A stretch of 64,000 nt of DNA from a virus (lineage: Duplodnaviria > Caudoviricetes): positions 128,001-192,000 of the IMG/VR virus record IMGVR_UViG_3300031998_000008, one strand, 5' to 3'. Shown here one piece after another: positions 20,080 to 29,690 of the stretch. How positions within the stretch are numbered: position 1 is the stretch's first letter; each line of letters begins with the position of its first letter. The translations under genes and the position numbers were made by a program. The notes under the pieces were generated by a model. That model saw only the letters and a program-made list of their open reading frames with translations, ran no database searches and was not told where the DNA came from.

Positions 20080-21069
20080 TTACATCAAAAAATTACTGTC
20101 AAGCGTTCCATGTACGCCAATTTTATTATTCAACCAAGCATCCATGACTTTTGTCAAGAATAACTCACGTTCTGTTTTATCCAAGAACATTTTTTGGAAT
20201 GTATCAATAAGATAATCTTTCAAATCGTCAGTGTACATATATTTTAACACATTATCACCATCCATCATACCGACAATTTTGATTTTCTTTTTCTTACCAC
20301 CTTCCAATGTTGTATAATTGAATTGTCTGAAGTTGTTATCAAGGTGTTTTTTGACTATAAGAACCTTTTCAGGGTCTATACAATACGGCTTGTTCATTTT
20401 TTTATCAACAGGCATTTGCGCTTTTTGTATATCTGATTCTTTTAGAAGTTCTATAAGTCTTTTTTCCTGTTCTTCTGATATTATGAGTTTTTTACATTCG
20501 TTCATTTGTCTTGCTTGTTGTATTTTTGCTAACCTTTCTCTGCATTGTTGTAATTCAGCGAACATTTTTTGTGCTGTTTCATTGAAATCAGAACCATTCA
20601 TTATTTTGTCACCTTGGTTTTCCTTATCATTTAAAATGTCAGGTATTTTTTCACCTTGGATTAATATGTCTGTGTCGCTTTTATCGTTTTTTTCTGATAT
20701 TTGCCAACCGTCTTGGTTAATTTTTTCCGCCAATTGGTTAAACTCTTGTCCATGTTCTGGAACAATTTTCAAAACGAATAAACAATACATGTGAATCATT
20801 TCATGGAGCAATGAGTTTTGTATTGATGATTCGGTCCTGTAATATCTGTTTGTAAATGCCATTTCACCTGATGATGTGACGTTGGTGATTTTGTTTCCAT
20901 TATACTCAGCCGTTTCGTTATTATAACAGGCCCAATTATTAGCAGGACACCTATAACTAAATTTTGGCATTGGTAATTTACCACCAAAATACTTGGTATT
21001 AAATGCCTTGAAATTAGTTACAAGCCACTGTGTATTTGGGACCATTTTATTTTTATCGTATTGCTCCAT
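20080..21069 (-). CDS. SprT-like zinc metalloprotease with C-terminal extra domain
   Basis: FNTKYFGGKLP..LLHEMIH..HGQEF; start at MEQYDK, downstream of late motif. Confidence 0.75.
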   Translation of the reverse strand: MEQYDKNKMVPNTQWLVTNFKAFNTKYFGGKLPMPKFSYRCPANNWACYNNETAEYNGNKITNVTSSGEMAFTNRYYRTESSIQNSLLHEMIHMYCLFVLKIVPEHGQEFNQLAEKINQDGWQISEKNDKSDTDILIQGEKIPDILNDKENQGDKIMNGSDFNETAQKMFAELQQCRERLAKIQQARQMNECKKLIISEEQEKRLIELLKESDIQKAQMPVDKKMNKPYCIDPEKVLIVKKHLDNNFRQFNYTTLEGGKKKKIKIVGMMDGDNVLKYMYTDDLKDYLIDTFQKMFLDKTERELFLTKVMDAWLNNKIGVHGTLDSNFLM

Positions 21070-21275
21070 GCAAATTTTCGGTTTTATCTTTAAGTATAAA
21101 TAGTTTAAGGGCATAAAAAAAGCAGACCGAAGTCTGCTAAAAACTATTCGAGTAAACGGCGCTCGGTAACATACTTTAATATGCGCTCACTATACTAAAT
21201 GTTTTGCTATAATTATCATTTACTTTGTAAAAAGATATTTTTTTTGTATAATTTATATGAAAATTTTTAAAAAGA

Positions 21276-22004
21276 ATGAAATATCAGGGAAATAAGAATA
21301 GAATTGTTGATGATATATTGCCTATCTTGTTGAAAAACAGAAAGGAAGGCCAATGGTATGTTGAGCCTTTTTGTGGAAGTTGTTCTGTGATTCAGCGTGT
21401 TAGTGGAAATAGGCTTGCGTCTGATAAGAACAAGTATTTGGTTGCTATGTGGAAATCTTTAATTGAAGGAAAAGAAATGCCAACAAACATACCAAAGGAA
21501 TATTATGATGATGTTAGAGATTGTTTCCATGGAAGAAATGATAGGTACACTGATGATATAATCGGATGGGTTGGATATATGGCATCATTTAATGGCAGAT
21601 TTTTCGATGGAGGATATTCTGGCCACAATGTTGTTGGTAAAAACGGAAAGGCGAGAGATTATATTGCTGAGAACATTGCAAACACAATGAAGCAGCCTGA
21701 ATATCTTAAAGACGTTGTGTTTACAAGTGGCGATTATGATACAATAGAAATTCCTGATAATTCAATTATATATTGTGACCCACCTTACAGGAACACGAAA
21801 CAATATCAATTTTCAAGAGATTTTGATTTTGATAAATTCTATATATGGTTAGTTGAAATGGCAAAGAAAGGACATGAGGTTTATATATCAGAGTATGCAA
21901 TGCCTGATAATTTTGAATGTATATGGTCAAAGGAAGTGACTAATGCCATGAATCCAACAATCACAAAACAAACAGTTGAAAAATTATTTATACCAAAAAT
22001 ATAA
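21276..22004 (+). CDS. DNA adenine methyltransferase (D12/Dam-like)
   Basis: MKYQGNK, YVEPFCGS, IYCDPPY. Confidence 0.88.
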   Translation: MKYQGNKNRIVDDILPILLKNRKEGQWYVEPFCGSCSVIQRVSGNRLASDKNKYLVAMWKSLIEGKEMPTNIPKEYYDDVRDCFHGRNDRYTDDIIGWVGYMASFNGRFFDGGYSGHNVVGKNGKARDYIAENIANTMKQPEYLKDVVFTSGDYDTIEIPDNSIIYCDPPYRNTKQYQFSRDFDFDKFYIWLVEMAKKGHEVYISEYAMPDNFECIWSKEVTNAMNPTITKQTVEKLFIPKI

Positions 22005-22006
22005 TA

Positions 22007-23596
22007 ATGGGAGAAATAAAGTTTAGTGAAGAGCAAAACGCAATATTTGATTTTGCTGAGCATGGTATATTAAACATGATTATTCAGGCAGTTGCAGGTG
22101 CAGGAAAAACAACAACACTGGTTGAATGCGCAAATAGGATTAAGACTGATAAGCGTGTTATGCTTTTGGCCCACAATAGGTCAACAAGAGATACCTTAGT
22201 TGAAAAGATTGGGGATAGAAAGAATGTGAAGGTATATACAATCCATGGACTTGCATATAGAATGTTTGTTGAACATTTTGAATTCAATCCAAATATTGAT
22301 GATGACAAATACAGGAACTACATAAACAAAAACATGGATGAACTTGCAAGCGAAGAATATTTGGCAATGCCAAGGAATGCAAGGATGATGTATAAGTCCA
22401 ATGTTTTTGATTTGATAAATAAGGCCCGCCATAATCTCAAAAAGTCTGAGCGTGAGTTAAAAAGACTTGCCGAAAAGAAATATGGAATGATATTGCTTGC
22501 AGATGAATGTGCATTTGTCAGCAAGATTCTTGATTGGGGGTATAAAACAACAGACATTGTTGATTTTCAGGATTTGCTTTGGTATCCAAGCCAATATGGA
22601 TATTATACAAAGAAATATACGGCAGACATAATAATGCTTGATGAAGCACAAGATGCTTCTATAGCACAACAAGACGTTATTAGTAGGTGTTTTAAGCGTG
22701 AAACAAGAATGTTCTCTTTTGGCGATAGGGACCAAACAATCAATTCATGGTGCGGAAGTGATACTGCATCATTTGAGCATCTTAAAGATAAGGATTTGTT
22801 CAGGCGTGACTCTAAAGAGTTTCCATTGACAACAAATTATAGGTGTGGAACGAGAATCATAGATTATGCAAAACAATATACAAATAACAATATCCATGCA
22901 AGGGAAGATGCTCCTGAAGGTGAAATAGTGTTTGGGGCCCATGTAAGCGACATTAAGAATGGCGATATGGTGTTGTGTAGAAACATATCTCCATTGATGG
23001 AGTTTTACAGAATGGGCGTTGCAAACGGTAAAAAGATGTATTTCAAAGGTGAAGAACTTGGTAAATCAATTATCACAGCAATAGACTGTTCATATGGTGA
23101 TACACCTGCTGAAATATTGGATAGTTTGAAGCGTAGGCTTATTGCTACATGGGATTTTCTAACTGAGGAAACTGGCCTTGATAAACATGAAACAATGTCA
23201 AATCCAATTATAATTTCACTATTGGATACGATAAAAACTATAGAAAATTTTCCAAAAACAGTTGAAAATAGAGAAGATATTGAGAAATTTATAAATGAGA
23301 TATTTTCAAATGAGGAAAATGGCGGTATTGAATTATCAACCATACACAGGGCAAAGGGACTTGAATCTGAAAATGTATTTATAATATGCCCGTCATTGAT
23401 TCCAAGTAAACTTGCTGAAAGCGATTGGGAAATAGAAGAGGAAAAGCATCTTCAATATGTTATGTGTACAAGGGCCAAGAATAGTCTTAATTTTGTATCC
23501 GAACAAGAAATAAAGCCAAGAACGTTCTTTTCAGAAAAGAACATACTATATAAAGAATTAGAAACAATTAGAACAGAAATATCAAAAAATGAGTAA
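22007..23596 (+). CDS. UvrD/Rep-like SF1 helicase
   Basis: AVAGAGKTT, DEAQD, GDRDQTI, NYRC, STIHRAKGLE, YVMCTRAK. Confidence 0.9.
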   Translation: MGEIKFSEEQNAIFDFAEHGILNMIIQAVAGAGKTTTLVECANRIKTDKRVMLLAHNRSTRDTLVEKIGDRKNVKVYTIHGLAYRMFVEHFEFNPNIDDDKYRNYINKNMDELASEEYLAMPRNARMMYKSNVFDLINKARHNLKKSERELKRLAEKKYGMILLADECAFVSKILDWGYKTTDIVDFQDLLWYPSQYGYYTKKYTADIIMLDEAQDASIAQQDVISRCFKRETRMFSFGDRDQTINSWCGSDTASFEHLKDKDLFRRDSKEFPLTTNYRCGTRIIDYAKQYTNNNIHAREDAPEGEIVFGAHVSDIKNGDMVLCRNISPLMEFYRMGVANGKKMYFKGEELGKSIITAIDCSYGDTPAEILDSLKRRLIATWDFLTEETGLDKHETMSNPIIISLLDTIKTIENFPKTVENREDIEKFINEIFSNEENGGIELSTIHRAKGLESENVFIICPSLIPSKLAESDWEIEEEKHLQYVMCTRAKNSLNFVSEQEIKPRTFFSEKNILYKELETIRTEISKNE

Positions 23597-24433
23597 GTTA
23601 ATAAGACGTGCTAAAAAACTAAATTCTGACACCGAAAACCATTTTATATATGAAGAAGGTGAGGTTGCAAAGATAGGGCCAGTTCCCTATGATGGCGATT
23701 ATGATTTTAGTAAAAATGGCGCATCATATATAACTGAAGGCTTGTATTTTTCTGATAATAACTTTTTCCCAAGAAGAAGCTTCGAGGGAAATGACATAAA
23801 ACATCCATATAAGATATGAAATCAAAAAAAGAGTATGCAATGACCGATAACATGTATTCGGTTTACATGTACGAAGAAAATCATTATCAGTATAAGCATA
23901 TATTTATGCCGAATGCAATATCTGGGAGAAATTCAGCAAGTCATATAATAAATGGAAACGGGTTTAATGGCCCACAAAGAGCACGTAGCCTTTTTGATTT
24001 AACAAGATGGCTTCTTTATGAATCTTGGGAAAAAATTTGATAATATGAAATGCGAAAAACTTATAAAAGATTCTCCATGCTATGTTATTACATATGACTT
24101 TGTAAAGAATAAACTGAAATGGGGCCCGATAAAAAGATTCTCATTTTCAAATGTGAAAAGCTCATTAAAGAATATTCTTGAATATAAGAACTTATATAAG
24201 GTACATGGAATTGGGGATTACAATAAAATCAATAAAAGATTTTGACCATGGGAAAATTTGTTAGGGATAACCTCCATTATTCATATAGATTAGGAAAAAG
24301 AAAACCTGTCGTGTCAAAATATAGCGGGTCGTTTTTTCAAATAAGGGATGAAGTATCTTTTGAAAGAAACGGAAACAGATTCTCAATTGAAGATAATTAC
24401 TACAAAGTGTATAGGATAAGAAAAAGAGTTTAA
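23589..24433 (+). CDS. Four overlapping small hypothetical ORFs (23589-23819, 23816-24040, 24018-24245, 24242-24433)
   Basis: Overlapping, translationally coupled ORFs in the operon. Confidence 0.5.
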
Positions 24434-24491
24434 TTAATTTTGAAAAAATAATTTTTATTTGTATAATATAGTAAATAATTTTGATTAACAC

Positions 24492-25607
24492 ATGATTGAA
24501 GGAATTAAAAAGATTGAAAACATCAAATTACCATTCGAAAGTTCAGGCAGATATGGCGATGTTGATGGAATTTCATTACAAAACTTATTTTACGCTAAGA
24601 ATGGCTATTTTCCTGGATGCTATCTATTCGATTATGAATCAAGAACAAACGGTGACTACAAGTTTGATACCAAGAAAATAGCAAAGTACCTTTTGGAAAA
24701 TACGCCAAAAGATGAAAACATTGAATTTACTCCTTATTTTACAACAGTTCTTGGAAACAAGGAAGATAAGACAAATCTTGGTTTCTGTATTATTTTGAAT
24801 AAAAGTAACATTTATGCAAGATTTGAAACCTCAGTAACGGAATCATATGTTCTTTTTGACAACAAGCACATTGATGAATTGAATTCATTTGTTGAATCAG
24901 TTCTTCAATTCTATATTGCTCCTGAGGGTGAAGAAAACAATATTTGGAGATTGTGCAGTAGTCAATCTGGATATTATCTTGATAAGGGTAAGGTTAAGAT
25001 TTATCAAAACTTTGATATTAATAAACTTTACAACGATGGATTTGAAGTTGAGGATGAAAAAATCCGTAATTTCATTGCTGAAGATGATAAAAGTGGTCTT
25101 GTTATTCTCCATGGAGAAAAGGGTACAGGAAAAACTTCATACATCAAACACCTTGTCAATTTATTCCCGAATAGAAAGTTTGTGTATGTTCCTGCAAGTA
25201 TGATTAGCCTTTTGGGTGAACCATCATTCGGCTCATTCCTTATCACATTGAACAACCATGTTATTGTTCTTGAAGACTGTGAGAATGCAATTAGGGATAG
25301 AAGAGAAAATGGTAGTGCATCTGCCGTTTCATTGCTTCTTAACATGACCGATGGATTGCTTTCAGATGACCTTGGAATGAAATTCATCTGCACATTCAAC
25401 GAAGACATGAAGAATATTGACCCTGCTCTTTTGAGAAAAGGTAGATTGATGTCAAAATATGAGTTTAAGGAGTTGGCAACAGATAAGGCTGAGGCAATTC
25501 TTAGTGAACGTGGAATTGAAACAACACTTACAAAACCAATTACTCTTGCAGAAATTTTCCACTATGGAGAAGCTGGCTATGAGACTGTTAAAAAATCAAT
25601 TATTTAA
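24492..25607 (+). CDS. AAA+ ATPase
   Basis: [30 protein letters not shown]. Confidence 0.85.
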   Translation: MIEGIKKIENIKLPFESSGRYGDVDGISLQNLFYAKNGYFPGCYLFDYESRTNGDYKFDTKKIAKYLLENTPKDENIEFTPYFTTVLGNKEDKTNLGFCIILNKSNIYARFETSVTESYVLFDNKHIDELNSFVESVLQFYIAPEGEENNIWRLCSSQSGYYLDKGKVKIYQNFDINKLYNDGFEVEDEKIRNFIAEDDKSGLVILHGEKGTGKTSYIKHLVNLFPNRKFVYVPASMISLLGEPSFGSFLITLNNHVIVLEDCENAIRDRRENGSASAVSLLLNMTDGLLSDDLGMKFICTFNEDMKNIDPALLRKGRLMSKYEFKELATDKAEAILSERGIETTLTKPITLAEIFHYGEAGYETVKKSII

Positions 25608-25825
25608 TGGGTAAGAAAGATTTAATAGTACAGGAAGGATTAGTAATACAAGCATTACCAAATGCCATGTTCAAGGTTGAACTTGATGATAGTGGTATAG
25701 TGTTGTTATGTGTTATAAGTGGGAAGATTAGGCAAAACTATATAAAGATACTTGAAGGTGATAGGGTGAGGGTTGAAATTTCACCCTATGACCTAACAAG
25801 AGGTCGTATTGTAACAAGATTATAA
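25607..25825 (+). CDS. infA: Translation initiation factor IF-1
   Basis: [49 protein letters not shown]. Confidence 0.97.
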   Translation: MGKKDLIVQEGLVIQALPNAMFKVELDDSGIVLLCVISGKIRQNYIKILEGDRVRVEISPYDLTRGRIVTRL

Positions 25826-25846
25826 ACTTTTTTAAATATTAGTACT

Positions 25847-26212
25847 ATGTTAGAAAGATTATTTAATTTACTTCAAAGTAAGTCATTTGAAGATGAAATG
25901 GCTTCAATGTTTGACAATGTAAAACTTATTGCTCCATTTTGGGGCGTATCAACGTTTAACAATGTTTCAAACTTTGCATTAAAAGATGGCGTTTATGAAC
26001 TTTCAATGGATGTTGATGACAACGCCACAGCAGACAATGTTGAAATCAATCTTGACAAGAAAAATGTGTTGAGCATTAAGTATTCAGTTAAGACTGTTTC
26101 ATCAGAACGCATGGTAAGCGTAAGAGAATCACTTCCTGAAGATTGTGATTCAGACACACTTGATGCATCAATTAAAAATGGTAAACTTGTTGTTACTGTA
26201 AACCAAAAGTAA
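25847..26212 (+). CDS. Small heat-shock protein (Hsp20/alpha-crystallin)
   Basis: LPEDCDSDTLDASIKNGKLVVTV C-terminal pattern. Confidence 0.75.
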   Translation: MLERLFNLLQSKSFEDEMASMFDNVKLIAPFWGVSTFNNVSNFALKDGVYELSMDVDDNATADNVEINLDKKNVLSIKYSVKTVSSERMVSVRESLPEDCDSDTLDASIKNGKLVVTVNQK

Positions 26213-26230
26213 TACAGGAATACTTAAAAT

Positions 26231-26263
26231 AAAAAAGGAGAGCTTAACAGCCCTCCTTTTTTT
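26231..26263. terminator. Bidirectional terminator
   Basis: A6-GGAG..CTCC-T7. Confidence 0.75.
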
Positions 26264-26279
26264 ATTTAATATAATTATT

Positions 26280-27116
26280 TTATTTCTTTATTGAATCCAA
26301 ATATTTTATGATTCCATCAACGTGCGTTTTGATAACGGCTTCTCTACCTTCATCAGATAAAATGTATTTAACATCATCAACATTGTCATAGAAGAAGTTT
26401 TCTGTCAAAACAGCAGGACAATATGTCTTATATATGATATAGAAGTTTGATTCCCAATCACTATCTCCATCTGTCTTGTCAGTTCTTATTTGATGACCAA
26501 CGAAGTTCTTTTTTGCCTCATCATATAGGCATTCAGCAAAAGCATCACTTTTTGTTGTTCCTTTTGTTGTGAATGCACACCAGCCTCTTGCTGATTTCCA
26601 TTCTCTTCCGTTTCCTGCGGCATTTGCGTGAATTGAAATTAGTATTACATTTGATGTACCGACTTCATTACATATTGCATTTGCCCTGTTTGCACGTTCC
26701 TTTAATGAAATATCAATTTCCTCAGGTACAAGTATTCTTGCGTCATATCCAAGGTCTTTTAGCCTTTTATGGACTTCATTTGATATTTCTCTATTCCATT
26801 TGTATTCGTAAAATTCTATTTCAGGTTTAACACCGTAGCAAGAATATGGGCTTTTCTTCCCTGGCGTGTTATACCCGTGTCCGTTGTCAATTAAAATAAC
26901 CATCTTACAATCGTTAGATGTTGGTTCTCCTGATTGGCCTAAATTTGGTTCATCATTTGGCTCATCATTGGGGTCATCAATGGGCTCATAATTAGGCTCA
27001 TCATCGTTTACAATCGTGTCATTCTCATTACTGATAATCTCAGTGTCTTTAGGCTCTTCCTTTTTACCGAATAGAGACTTAAAAAAATTAATAATAGCCA
27101 TAAAAATTTTTTTCAT
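26280..27116 (-). CDS. N-acetylmuramoyl-L-alanine amidase (Amidase_3), probable endolysin
   Basis: ILIDNGHG, EYKWN, ISIHANA, PAVLTENFF; N-terminal DEPN linker. Confidence 0.9.
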   Translation of the reverse strand: MKKIFMAIINFFKSLFGKKEEPKDTEIISNENDTIVNDDEPNYEPIDDPNDEPNDEPNLGQSGEPTSNDCKMVILIDNGHGYNTPGKKSPYSCYGVKPEIEFYEYKWNREISNEVHKRLKDLGYDARILVPEEIDISLKERANRANAICNEVGTSNVILISIHANAAGNGREWKSARGWCAFTTKGTTKSDAFAECLYDEAKKNFVGHQIRTDKTDGDSDWESNFYIIYKTYCPAVLTENFFYDNVDDVKYILSDEGREAVIKTHVDGIIKYLDSIKK

Positions 27117-27143
27117 TTTTTTTACGTTTTTTAATAAATAGTG

Positions 27144-29687
27144 TTAAAACTTCACATCGTTTATTCTTTTTAACATTGAGTTGAAACTTTCACGTATTTG
27201 ATTGATTGGTTGAAATTGTTTAAGCCAATTTATATCTTGTTCTTGATTATTTCCACTGTATGAGTTTACTGTAAAAACACCATTTTCGTCAACGCTAAAG
27301 TTCATTTTGCTACCTGAAGCAAGTACTATTACAAATTGATTCTCATACCTGCATTTAAACGATGCAACAGAGGCCCTATCAATACCATTAATAACTATTT
27401 TTGGGTCATAACTTGACCAATAATAAGTGTATATTTTGTTTCCTTTTATAAAGGTAGTGAAATATCTTGAAGAGCCACCATCAACTAATTCATCATATGC
27501 TATTTTATGCGTGAAGTCTGGGCCTTCATAATCTGCCAATATCATAATCTTCTCGCCATTTACTAATTCAAATTTTGCAATATTTGAATAATCCATTGAA
27601 GACATTTCTTTAATACCTGACAATACAACTTTTCTTTGTGGTATGTCATATATGAACTTTGTAGTATCAGGCTTTGTCAATAGCAAGTATTTATAAAAGT
27701 TTTTCACTGATAATTTTCTTGGAGCAAAATAATGTTCGCTCACCTCTTCTATATTCAAAAACTCTTCATCGAATAATGGCGTAAAATCAAAATTAAGAAT
27801 AATATAATAACCATTTTTTGATGTTGTCACAAAGAATTTTCCTTCTTTACTTACAGAGATAACCATGTCAAAATTTTTCATAAAGTCGCCATTCATGTTT
27901 AAAACATCAACCTGAGTTCCTTTGTAACAAAAATACATGTTAAATCCGTTTTCTTTTTGTGCAGGAATAATGTTTTCATACATTGACGAAACAATTTTGT
28001 CATATCTAAAGTTAAATAGGGCCTTTTCAGAATCATTGAATTTAAGAACCCATGTTTCATCTGTTTTTTCAACGACATCTACTTGTTTGAATGGTTTTTT
28101 TAGAATCATTTTTTCTTTTTTACCATTGTAGATGTTATAAAAATCTTCCCATTCACCACTTGTATATTTTACTATTGCGTGAATACCATCTCCATAACTG
28201 TAACTGAAAATGTAGTCAGTTGCATTGCTCTCTATATTTTCTAATTTATGGGTAAAATATGTTCCACGGATTATTTCTTCACCGTTTTTAACAGTTACGA
28301 CAAATCCACGTTTTTCATCAATTGGGACATCAGACTTTACTATTACTTTAAATTCCATTGCCGTTTCATCAAAAGCCAATAATCCATATGCGCTATCTTG
28401 CCTTACTGTTAAGAATGGTGTGTCGGTATGTAGTATAGCGCCATTTTCTGAAGGTATCCCCATGGTTATATCTATTCCCTCGTTTGAGTTTTTAGCTGTT
28501 ACTATTTTGGCACAGTCGTTTGTTTTCAAGTTAAACGCATAAATACTATTTGGGCCGTTTTGTACAAACAATATGTCACCGATTTGCTCTTGATAATACA
28601 CACTTTCAAGTGTTTGCCAATTACTGCTATATCCGTTTTGTTTTTCAACGTATGCTATGACTTTATCAACATCGTTTCCTGCTACATTTAATTCTATAAG
28701 AGAACAACTTTCATAATTCTTGCTTATTGGCTCGTTAATATTGATGTCAACATATGATATTGGGTCTGTTGAATCCATTCCTGTATCATATAGGTAATAA
28801 TTGTCATTTACATCGAATACATAATCATTATTCCATTCAGGCATAAGTTCCAAGTAGCAACCATCATATTCTTTTAGTAGATATGAATGGTTACTTCTTT
28901 CTTCGTCATAGCGTTCATACCTTTCTTCATCGCTGATTAATGTATTTTCTAATTTATCTTTATAATTCTCGTTTTGTTCTCCGTAAAATTCAAGAACATC
29001 GTCAGGCATTTCAATGTCTTCAATTGAATTAATGGATTCATCATTAGAATCTCTAAAATCTCCTGATTCAAAACAGAATTGATACCTTGTATATGGATAT
29101 TCTTTGTTATTTGTTGGCGATGTTTCTCCTTTTCTCATGTCAAAGTTAATCCATAGCGGGCCTTGCCTTGTATATTGATTATAATAACTAAGCCCGTTTC
29201 TATATGCACCTGCTGTACACCATCTACATCCTTGTCCTAATTTTTCAGACGCTTCATATGTGTGTGGTACTGCCACTTTCCAATCAGGCGTATCATAAAC
29301 AATATCATAATCATCTTCAGGTCCACCGTTTCCGTTTTTTTCTAAAACGGGGTCAAAATCAGGCATCATTTCTATCGCTTCTTTAACACTTCCAATGTTA
29401 ACCAAATTCAATCCATTATTTTGTCTTGATTGAAAGTATTGGAAAAGCCTTGCAACTTCTTGTTTTTGTACCAAATCAACTATTAACTTTTTCTCACTTT
29501 CCCAATGGCTGAGTAGCCACCTTGTGTATGATTTTTTCTTTGTAGGGTCAGCACCTAATATATAATAAAATATGCTTTCAGGTACGTTTTTACCTTGAAC
29601 GAATTGATAGTGTAATATCTTTTGAATTTCTTCTGGAGATTTTGCCTCAAGAATCAGATTATCATAAAATTCATCTAAACCTAACAT
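27144..29687 (-). CDS. Large WC-motif (PcfJ-like) protein, paralog of 29691-32351
   Basis: ADPTKKKSYT.W; ASEKLGQGCRWCTAG; RYQF; C-terminal ESFNSMLKRINDVKF. Confidence 0.6.
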   Translation of the reverse strand: MLGLDEFYDNLILEAKSPEEIQKILHYQFVQGKNVPESIFYYILGADPTKKKSYTRWLLSHWESEKKLIVDLVQKQEVARLFQYFQSRQNNGLNLVNIGSVKEAIEMMPDFDPVLEKNGNGGPEDDYDIVYDTPDWKVAVPHTYEASEKLGQGCRWCTAGAYRNGLSYYNQYTRQGPLWINFDMRKGETSPTNNKEYPYTRYQFCFESGDFRDSNDESINSIEDIEMPDDVLEFYGEQNENYKDKLENTLISDEERYERYDEERSNHSYLLKEYDGCYLELMPEWNNDYVFDVNDNYYLYDTGMDSTDPISYVDININEPISKNYESCSLIELNVAGNDVDKVIAYVEKQNGYSSNWQTLESVYYQEQIGDILFVQNGPNSIYAFNLKTNDCAKIVTAKNSNEGIDITMGIPSENGAILHTDTPFLTVRQDSAYGLLAFDETAMEFKVIVKSDVPIDEKRGFVVTVKNGEEIIRGTYFTHKLENIESNATDYIFSYSYGDGIHAIVKYTSGEWEDFYNIYNGKKEKMILKKPFKQVDVVEKTDETWVLKFNDSEKALFNFRYDKIVSSMYENIIPAQKENGFNMYFCYKGTQVDVLNMNGDFMKNFDMVISVSKEGKFFVTTSKNGYYIILNFDFTPLFDEEFLNIEEVSEHYFAPRKLSVKNFYKYLLLTKPDTTKFIYDIPQRKVVLSGIKEMSSMDYSNIAKFELVNGEKIMILADYEGPDFTHKIAYDELVDGGSSRYFTTFIKGNKIYTYYWSSYDPKIVINGIDRASVASFKCRYENQFVIVLASGSKMNFSVDENGVFTVNSYSGNNQEQDINWLKQFQPINQIRESFNSMLKRINDVKF

Positions 29688-29690
29688 ACA